NCBI RefSeq assembly: GCF_031769215.1
Contig: NW_026783057.1
Coordinates: 186,001-245,306 of the forward strand
DNA from: Ylistrum balloti
Lineage: Eukaryota
Reading direction: 5' to 3'
Length of the DNA: 59,306 nucleotides
The translations under genes were made by a program, and so were the position numbers. The notes beneath the pieces are model-generated. The model had not been told where the DNA came from. It worked only from the letters and a program-made list of their open reading frames with translations, and made no database searches. Shown here in pieces: positions 1 to 16,300 of the stretch (positions are counted from its first letter, which is position 1; every line of letters begins with the position of its first letter).

Positions 1-849
1 TGGTTATGGCCCATGTTAAAGGGTGAAGTCAATTTCTGTTGTACAGGTTCAAAATAACTTTCGATCTGTGCGTTGCTACTTCAAATTATCCTGCATTTGA
101 GTATGTAATTTATTACTCAAACCAGTAGCTGTCTCTCAATGCACAAACATTATATTAAAGTCAAACGCATCTACCGACATGAGCAGATGATCTCAAGCCT
201 AGTGTCTCTAGTCAGATGTACTATGTACAACGCATGCTTTTGTTGTTAGGCCAGAATTCCATGTCACTATGAGAGTAAAATGTAAGTGTCTGTTAAGATC
301 ACAATATTATATGATATTGTAGGAGATCATACGTGATTAAAGAGCAAGTGCAATGTATGCGTCGGGACGGAGAAAGCTAAAAAAAACACCATCGGGAATC
401 AAATATATATTGCCAGCAACGATGAAACAATTATGTTTATGCAAAAATGTGAACAATTGAGTTGTTCAGTGATTTTGGTACTATAAAATTACCTGATCTG
501 AGTCTAAGCCACCGTCATCCAAATAAAAATGACGATTTACTCTTAGATGAATTAACTGTTCCTCATAATATTATTGAAGAAGATGGCGCTAAACGAAAAC
601 TTCCGCATGATGTCACCGATGACTTCGGAAATCTCCGTCATTTTCCGGAAACTCTCGCTGAGTAGCAGACGATTCATCTGGATTGAAATAGTAAAAACAG
701 TTATGCGGGATTTTTAGGAAATTTATGACGTATAAATTCGAAACACGAATTCATTGGAACGTTATGATAACGCTTTTTATTTCAAATATATGTATATATA
801 TATATTTATATCTCGTGAAAGACAGCACGTGCGATGATGTCAGAGGGTG

Positions 850-885
850 TATAAATACTGCAACTGACGCGAGCGTCAGTCAGTT
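850..885 (+). promoter_or_regulatory. Core promoter of alpha-tubulin (TATA box + initiator)
   Basis: TATAAAT at 850-856 and Inr-like TCAGTC/TCAGTT at 876-885, about 28-32 bp downstream. This is about 90 bp upstream of the ATG at 972. Confidence 0.6.
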
Positions 886-971
886 TGAATTTGTACAGAG
901 AACGTTGCGCTCTTGAGTACAAAGTTGTTCAGGCCTTAACCCTTGAAAAGAAGTGAGACTGCAGAAAGAAA

Positions 972-6815
<5,844 letters not shown>

Positions 6816-7380
6816 AATTCTGACCAACCAGAATTGTGATCGCTAACTGATTTAGATAGGAAAGCATCAAAAATAAAGACTGGTGTTTTATATTGTAGGT
6901 TTGAACTTTGATTAGTAATATGACACACAAAATACTTTGATATATAAATGTGTGCTTCTTTTCTTTCCATTTTCTTTATATATAGTTTTAAAATCATCAT
7001 TTATTAAACCAGTTTCAATTGCTAGTGTTGGGGTTTGATTTACTTGTAATAAATAACAAATTTTGTTCCCTGAACATGGATAATTCAAAGGTCTTTTAGA
7101 ATGAAGGTCATCAACAGTGCCAACATGCGTCCCTTGAGGAATTACTCTGATCTCTTCTAAGAAACCCCCCACCCTGTTTACCATTACATAACCATTGATA
7201 CACACTCAACCTATATTGACAAGTTACCACTTGTAGTCAATGGCATTTTTTAGTTGCCAGAGTGATTTCAATACAGGTATGATATCAAATTTAGAAATAC
7301 TACCTTACAATAATTCTACATCAAGAGAAACAGAAAGTGGATGCAATATGTCTGATTTTATTTTCATTAAGTCTGAGCTT

Positions 7381-10300
7381 TCATGCTGTACAAGATTCAT
7401 CTTGACTGTGAATATTACCTATGGTCTCTGAACCCTCTGAGCATAACTTCTTCATTGCACACATTTCTAAAACACATTTTCCCAGTTTCTCATACTCGGC
7501 CAGTTCATTGTAGATATGACATGATAATCGAATATAAAGGGTGCCTTGAATGCATTTTACAGGAACCTGAAACACAAAAAGAAAAAATATAATACTGAAA
7601 CTGAAATAAGTACTGCAAACCTATTCTCAAAGGCATTTGTTTAAATAACAGTACCTGTATAAGAAATTGCTGAACTGATTTAAAGGAAGAAAATTGTGGT
7701 TTCAGTACATCATTTACCTCTATATTGTACTGATGGTAGAGTTGGTTCTGAATGGCCTCTCCAGTACTGTATGTTGCTGCTGTATTGGAATGGTACAGTT
7801 GGCGAGGAAGCTCCACTAGAGCCATACAACCTGGACATGAATATATATATATAGTTTAAACATATATATTCTAGCATAGTTATTTTATTTTGAGGCTCTT
7901 CCCATGGCAAGTACATTTTGCATTTTTGCTAAAATATGATGTACATTTTTTTTTTTTTTTACATTTATTACTGTAACACTTATTCTTCATTGTGGTTAAT
8001 TAATTTGCCAAAAAGCTATTATGAGCCAAAATTTGATAGCATTACTTAATAAGTACATTTATGGCATGTCAAAAGTAGCCACAGTCGGGTAAACCATCAT
8101 AAATCATTACTCTTTAATTAAAGTCAGCACGTTGAGATCCTGATCAAAAGTGTTTCACAAATATTCCAGTATGGTCTTGCTGTCCAAGACTGTTTTTTCC
8201 CCCATATGTTCTGTTCAGCCAATGATCGCAAAATTTTATTATATTGCTCTTCTAATACAAAATGTGTCGTAGGTTTTGGTTTTGATTTAAAATTCATAGA
8301 CTACCTGGTACACTACCATCTTATTGGTCAAAACTCTTGACAGAAAGCACTCCATGTAATGAATTTACCTTTTAACTGAGCCTGTGTGGTCTGAAGTTGT
8401 TTCAATGTCAAGTATTTTATCTAACGGTTCAACATATGTTGACTTTAGCTTACAAATCATCACAAAGTTTGATGTAGTTTAGTAGAAACAGCAGTTTATA
8501 ACTTACATTCTGAACATGCTCATTATGGGCACTATTTGTGCATGCTACATTTTAAGCTTCATCAGATTTTCAAAATGACTGCTAGTGGCAATTTTGAACC
8601 TTGATGTTTCAAATTTGCTACAATAACTTATTTTAATGGTAGATATACTTTTACAACAATTAAGAAATAAAACATGTCAACACATTACTTTTACTACCAG
8701 GATCACAGATACATACTGATCCAGATTCTGACAGTTTTAAAGAATTAAACATTTTGTTCCGTTAATTCCCTTATAAAACCTGACAAATCTAGAAAAAGAA
8801 ATTGGGTTTTGGTAATAAAAGATAATTGTCAATTTTGTAGTAAAATCTGTTTTCTTACTGTGTTTTTCCTTTATTTTTCAGCTTTTATGGGATATTCATC
8901 CACAAGTTAAAAGCATACCTCACTATACTTATTTTTAGAAATGATTGTACTGCTGGTAGTGTTGTGAAATGAAGAAGTATAGTTTCATGGATTACAGGTA
9001 GCTACACTCTCCTGTGTTCTGCTCTTGACTATCCTACGACTAGAGTAATATAGACATTCTACTCGTACATACATCTGTCTGACAGTGTTTTTAGCCCACC
9101 ATCATCAGATGGTGGGGTATTCAAATAGCCCTGCGTCCGTGGTCCGTCGTCCGTCCGTAAACAATTCTTGTTACTGCTATTTCTGAGAAAGTACTGGATG
9201 GATCTTTCTCAAATTTCACATGCAGTTTCCCCTTGGTCCCTAGTTGTGCATTGTACCTTTTTTGGACTGATTTGAATTTAAGATGGCCGACAGGTGGCCA
9301 TCATGGATTTTGGATGTAAAAGTTTGTTACCGCTATTTCTTGGAAAGTACTGGATGGATCTTTCTCAAATTTCATATGCAGGTTCCCCTTGGTCCCTAGT
9401 TGTGCATTGTACCTTTTTTGGACTGATCCAAAATCAAGATGGCTGACAGGCAGCCATCTTGGATTTTGAGAGTGAAATCTTGTTACTGCTATATCTGAGG
9501 AAGTACTGGATGGATCCTTCTGATATTTCATAGATATTGGTTTCCCGTGGTCCCTAGTTGTGCATTGTACCTTTTTTGGACTGATTTGAAATCCAGGTGG
9601 CCCACAGGCAGCCATCTTGGATGTCGACAGTAATACAGCACAAGCATATTGTCCATTATCCATCTGTAACTGACTGCTATCTAATAATATTGAGTACATT
9701 CAATGAAGACCAGTTCATCCCCCCCCCCCCCCCCCCCCCCCCCAACCCCACAACCCCATTGCCTTCTGAGTAGCAGAACACTTAAAATAATGATATCCAT
9801 GCTTGTACCTTCGCTGAATGACTATTGTATTTTTCTACCCTTCTTTGTTACAAGATCTTATTAAATTTACTTTGTTTACAAAATTTCCCACCTTTATCCT
9901 ATTTTGGCTTCATCTTGTGATTAGCAAACACACTCCAAACACCAAGATGAAGTTTAAACTCCAAAACTGGATATAGATAGCAAATTGCTTACAACGAAAG
10001 AGATTACCAGGCCTTGGAAGGTGTGACATTACAGAAGGGTGGATTTTTGTTAATTGAGCATAACATTTTTAGTTTCAATTAATTTTCTGCAGGTGTTCTT
10101 TAGTTTGGAAAAAAATATTGATTTATTGGAAAGAAAGAGGTGAAATTTACCAAACATTTCCATAGGAGCTGCCAGCTTTGTGTGCCAGAGTGATGTTAAC
10201 AAATCACCTAGAAAATAGTAAAATACATACTGAGAATAATTAGCATTACCATGTTCTTTATGATTTTTTTCTTTAAATGAAAGAACATGTAAAACATCAA

Positions 10301-13300
10301 TGTATGTTGAGAATACCACACTGGCTAAAATATCAAATTATTTTTCTTATGATCTGCCATATACATGAATTGTGAAGACCATACCAATTCCTTGGACATT
10401 TAGCATAGTTTGTAACAGGCTTGTCTGAAAAGATCTAACTCTTCACTTGACTGCTTTAGACAAGGATAGGGCTTACTTGTGTAGTAGACATGATTGTGGC
10501 CTTACAATAAACAGTATACATGTACTTGGTTGGTATCTTAAAAACTTACACGATTCCCTGCACAGAGTATACATATACTGTTGTATCTTTTTGTTTCCGA
10601 TGTCCTCCCAGAAGTTCATGTTCACATGCATGGCTAGAAATGGACTGTAGTCATGAAGACCTGAAGTGAGCAAAATTCAGTTGTATCTACTGTATTGATT
10701 TATCAACAAGGCAATGAAAATATAGTCCTGTTTGTGGGCTTCATTTATTGCCCTGTGAACAGTCATGGTCATTAAAAGTGGGGCTTCCTTGTAGCTGGTG
10801 GCTCCTTCACAAAACAACAAATGGGATAACTGTTGCATGACACCACAACAAATAGGGTTAAGTGTCTCCCTAAAGACAACCATGACAGTACAGTGAGACC
10901 CATTTCTTGGATTCCCCCACGTCTCGGCTTCCTGGGCAACACAAACCGTCACTTGTAGGGAAGATCAAGTCTTACAACCCCTTGATCGTCATCTGGGGGG
11001 TAGGACTTTAAAGAATTGTTCTATTTTTGCTCTATTGGGCCCTGCCCCTCCTGCCCTAGGGGGCCAAATCTTACTATTTATACAGTGTTTATGCTTAAAA
11101 GCAAATTTAAGCAAAATCCAATCATTCCTACACGAGGAGTAGGATTTCAAAGGACTTTCCAAATTTCCCCTTTTGGATCCCGTCCCTCATGCCCTAAGGG
11201 GGAAGGGGCGGGGTCACACCACACAATTAAAAATGTTCCGCTTCCCCTAAGGATGTTTTTGATCAAATTTGCTAAAACAAAATTCCAATAAGTTGTTCAT
11301 GATTAGCAGCATTTTGTAGAAAAAGTTGGTGGATGACAGACACCCCAGTATCCCTATAGCTCACTTTGACCTTTAGGGCCAGATGAGCTAATAATGATTA
11401 ATTTTCCTTGTTGGGCCCTGCACATCATACATTTTATATAAAGCTGAATCCCCTTGACCCATGCATGCTTCAGACCAAATCTTGACAATATTCTGTAATT
11501 CCTGAAGAACAAGATAGATTTCAAAGAAATGAATATATTTTTCTATGGGGGCCGAGACTCACCGTTACATAGAACCACGGACTTATATACATATGTATAT
11601 AAGTCCGTGATAGAACTAATTTTTCTTCACCCAAGCATGCTTCAGACCCAATTTGAACAATATCCTGTGATTCCTAAAGAACAAGATAGATTTTAAAGTA
11701 TTGATAGATTTTCCCTATTGGACCCCGCCCCTTTAGCCACAGGGGGCCAAGACCCACTATTTATACCAGACTGATTTTCCTTCATCCAAGCATGCTTCAG
11801 ACCCAATTTGGACAATATCCTGTGATTCCTAAAGACATCTGATTTGTCAAAAGTAAACAAGAGTACTGACATGTCAGTAAAATATTTCTAATTTGATCTG
11901 ATGACCTTGACCTATGATTGGGTGAGCTCTGATTTGATTTCAGTAAATTATGCTTCATTATATGTAACATATCGTAAGCAAATTTTTACCAGGAAGCATT
12001 CAGATAAATGTTTTGCTGAACATGGAAAGCAATGGAGAGTTTCTGTGAAGAAACAATGGAGAAACTGTTGAGTGTAATCATTGAAGCAGAAAGGAAGGTA
12101 TTTCCAGAAACTAATTTTCAATTGGTAGTAACAACAACTTTTGAATCTCAGGACCTAAAAATCATTCCCACCCAAGTACTTTCTTCCAAGAAACATTTGG
12201 TAAAGTTTGAGTGTGATTGGCCCATTAGAACTTGAGATATTGTTCCAAGGCAAAAAATTAAAACAGACATACAGACAAATGGGCAAACTTATTACTCTAG
12301 GGCACCTGCAACATTGATGCTGGGACCTAATAATTTGTGGAGTAAAATCATGAGACTAGCATGGACTACCATTGTTGACTACCCTGATTGATACTGACAA
12401 GTCAGGAAAATGGTGCCAGAGACATTTGCATGACTCTGGAATGTTGATGCTTTGCTTTACTTTAAAAGTAATCGGTGTCAACAATCACAAAATAACAAAG
12501 ACATCAATAATGCACAAAAGGGCATTTTGGTATTAGATGTTTGTTTAACTGTATTAGAAAAGGGAAAATATATTGTAATTATACTGTTGCATGTATCTTT
12601 TCTTTTTCAACAGTCCACTAATTATAACAACATAGGTAGAGACATATAACACACAGAATAGAGGAATTGAAGTGGACAGCTGTTGCCTGATCCTTATATC
12701 AAGGAAACTTATCACTTGCCAATGATATCAATTTTATTTCAGTACTGCTGATTCCTCCCACATAAACCTCTAGCTGTTGTTTACAGACTCACAAATACAA
12801 TTACAAACATTAAAATGTACAGGAAACTCTCACCTGCCCACATAAATTCAGAGTTGAAGCCAGAGCCAAAGCCATGGGAGATGACAAGTGGCCTGGTCTG
12901 GGCCTTCAGTTCCTTCCTTACATACAGGAATGCAGACCCTTTAGGGCAACAAAACCACTTATGGGCATTGCTAACATAGTAATCAGGGTCTAGAGCCCTT
13001 AGATCCAAAGGAAGAGCACCCAATGCATGGGCTCCATCTACCAGTACTGGAACACCTCTGAAGTCAATAAGATGTTATGTTCTTAAAGCACATTCCTTAG
13101 CTTGTATAAAAAATACACATAATACTGTCTTTATGTGATGGTACTTGAATATTCACTATCGGCCATTTGCTGTGTGTTCATTATTGTAAAACTTAACAGG
13201 TCAGCTTTGGACTTAAACTGCCATATCAGTGTAAAGTTAATATATTTTACTAATTCAGGAAAATATAGATGTTCAATTCAGTTTCATTTTGTGATATAAA

Positions 13301-16300
13301 ATTGTTTCAACAAAATAAAGCCCCTTCACAAGTATTACATCATTATACTATTAATTGTCAAATGTAAGTCAAAGGTACCTCTCAAAATGTACCTGCCTAC
13401 GAAGTAATATATTCCTAAGTAATGTAGTCTAGACATTCTGGTAAGCCTTAAATGATTAAGATAGAAGTCATATGTAAAGTAATATTTATGGTTACATTGA
13501 CAAAGAATGGGTCATGCTGTTATCCCAAAATGTGTTACATGCCACCATTCCAAAATCAAATTCCAACACAAAATTCAGCACAGTATATGTAATTCTAAGA
13601 GAAATGACTCTGAAGTCTTTTTCTATGAAACATGTAAGGTACAAAGTCACATTAACCTACATTTGGTATGCACAAGTCACAGTGACATATTTTTGGATTA
13701 AATCAGTTTTTCTATATTAGGTATCTGTAAGTTATAGTGAACTACTTTATGTACCGGTTATGCATTACTCTCACCTTTCTTTACAAATACTGATTATCTC
13801 CTTCAAAGGCAGAATCACTGGAGCATTACTGGGTATGTGGTCAAATACTGCCAATCTCACTCCTGAACTTAAGGTTTTCTCCACCATGGAAATCACCTGA
13901 AAATAATAGTGATGTACTTATATACATATTATATTAATATAATGTTGTTCATATATATACAACATATATAAATATACTTAAAATACCACATGACAGCCTT
14001 AGTTGGCTAAATTTCAATAAATGTACACAGACTGCAGCATTTTTTATTTCTCAAGAAATTGTAACATTGTGCTATTATACACTACTGCTCCAGTGTCATA
14101 ATTGTTTTGAATATTATCTTGATAACTTAATGAAGTGAAAATATATCCTTGTTATATACACTTTAATAGTTCTAACCTGGTCTTTACTAGTGACTGGGAA
14201 GTTAAGCTGTACTTCTTGAAGCACAGCTCCAGTACTTTCACACACAAACTGCAATAGCTTTTTTACAGCTCCTGGTGGTGGAAAAAATGGAATAATTCAT
14301 CCTAGGAGAACAAGACAGGAAAAGACTTTTTTTCTTCTTGAAAGAGATCAAATCATTCTGAACAATTTCTGTTTTGTGTTAAATGCAACTGCATGCAGAA
14401 CACTATTATGATAATGTGTTCAAATTAAATGTTTTTACAAATTGAGTCCTCTTCATCCAAGCATGCTTCAGACTGGATTTCTCTATGTGCCCAGCCCCTC
14501 TACCCAGAGTGATATCAGACCCACCATTGATGCATAGATGAGTCATCATTACATGAAGATGCTTCAGACCAAATACAGAAAAGATCTATTCATTCTAATG
14601 TGACATAATGCTTATGAGAAATTGGTTAACCTTTCCCTAAGGATATTTCTGACCAAATTCAACCAAAAGTTCACTGATGACTCATGTGTTGCAGTATGGT
14701 ACAAGCTCCCCAGTCCTTCGGATCAGGTGAGCTAAAATAATTCAGTATTAACATAATTCTTTGTTCAAGATATTTATTTTCTGCCTTGATATCCAAAATT
14801 TTACAGTTATAGAGTAGCCAAAATGAAAATAAACATGATAATGATGGTCATGTGTCTGTCATGGTATAATGTCTACAATATCATGACCTCTACAGTGTTG
14901 TGACCAATACAATATTGTGGTCTCTACATTGCAGTGTGGTTACCAATACAATATAATTACCTCTACAATGACCTCTACAACTTGAAAGCTGCTGTTAAAT
15001 GACAACAACACAAGACAGTCTGTCCTTACCATATGTTACATTCAACATGTAGATGATGTCACCTTTCTGTAGGTCAAGGCCCCTCACAACAGAATTAATG
15101 GCAGTGGTAACATTGATCATCAACACGAGATCAGTTGGATCACAACCTACAAAAGAATTTCATTTACAAAACACTGTCAGCCTACAATTCAGCATTCAAT
15201 GTTGTTACATTCATAAATTCTTCAAAATTGTGGGATTTGTATTTGTTTACACACATTTCCATTTGGCTTCTCTTTGACATACATTTGTCTTTGTTGTTTG
15301 TTAATTTGTAATTTTAAAACCATTTTTTTAATTAGGTGAAAAAGTGAAGTAAAACATTGATTTAAAAACCAATGTCAATATTAACTAACTTACTTTATGC
15401 AAGAGATTTCATGGGACACATGCAATTAATATTGTACCCATCACTGAACTGGAAAAGGATCTGCTCAGATTAAGGACATCACATAACCTTCTACACTGTA
15501 GCCTTCTTGTGATACACACAAACTTCTATATTGTATGTAGTTCTGATGATTTTGATATTTTTTTTTTCACTTTCATCCTTAACAATTACCATTATGTACC
15601 GGGATTTCTATACTTGATAAACTCCCTGATGAATACTTCTATAGTATCTTTAAACAATCGAACATACACTTACATCTAAGGTTGTATGACTTTTACAATT
15701 CACAATTTGGTGAAAACCATAAAATGTATTGATATCTACCATAGAATAATTGTTAGGACAACTATATTATAATGTCTTCTACAGTGTAGCGACCTCTCCA
15801 ATGTGGTAACATATAGAGTGCAGTGACCTCTCAAATGTAGTACCTGCTACAGTGTGCTGACCATTCTAGTGTGATGATCTCTACATTATAGTGACCTTGA
15901 ATGTGTAATGACCTCTATGATGTAGGGAAAGCTACAAGGCAATGCTTCCTACATTATGGTGACCTCGAATGAGTAGTGACCTCTACCTAGTGCATAACTA
16001 TATCAAATGTGATATTCTAATTCATCAATAAGTGACCCTATTGAGCTGTGTGATACCTACAGACAAACTTTGCCAGTCTTCTGGTAACATACACTAAATG
16101 AGGCAGTAGTTCCCTGTCATAAAACCTCAGTGGCTGTCTCTCCACATACATTTGCCACTCCTGTAAAAATAACACAAACTTCAGTGGCAACCTCTCAATA
16201 TATCTTTACCTCTCCTGTAAAAACAACACAAACCTTAATGTCTGTCTCTCCACATATCTTAACTATTCCTGTAAAACAACACTAACCACAGTGGCTGTCA

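Noticed and set aside
462-665. 67-aa plus-strand ORF upstream of tubulin
   Set aside because: Non-ATG start, no recognisable motif, and it lies over promoter-like sequence.
12032-12235. 67-aa ATG ORF in an intron
   Set aside because: It falls within a HINE-like repeat and is probably a chance ORF.
15432-15519. Phase-compatible candidate exon (KFVCITRRL...) for the PLP enzyme
   Set aside because: Exon 16160-16061 supplies the conserved [16 protein letters not shown] segment with better splice sites.
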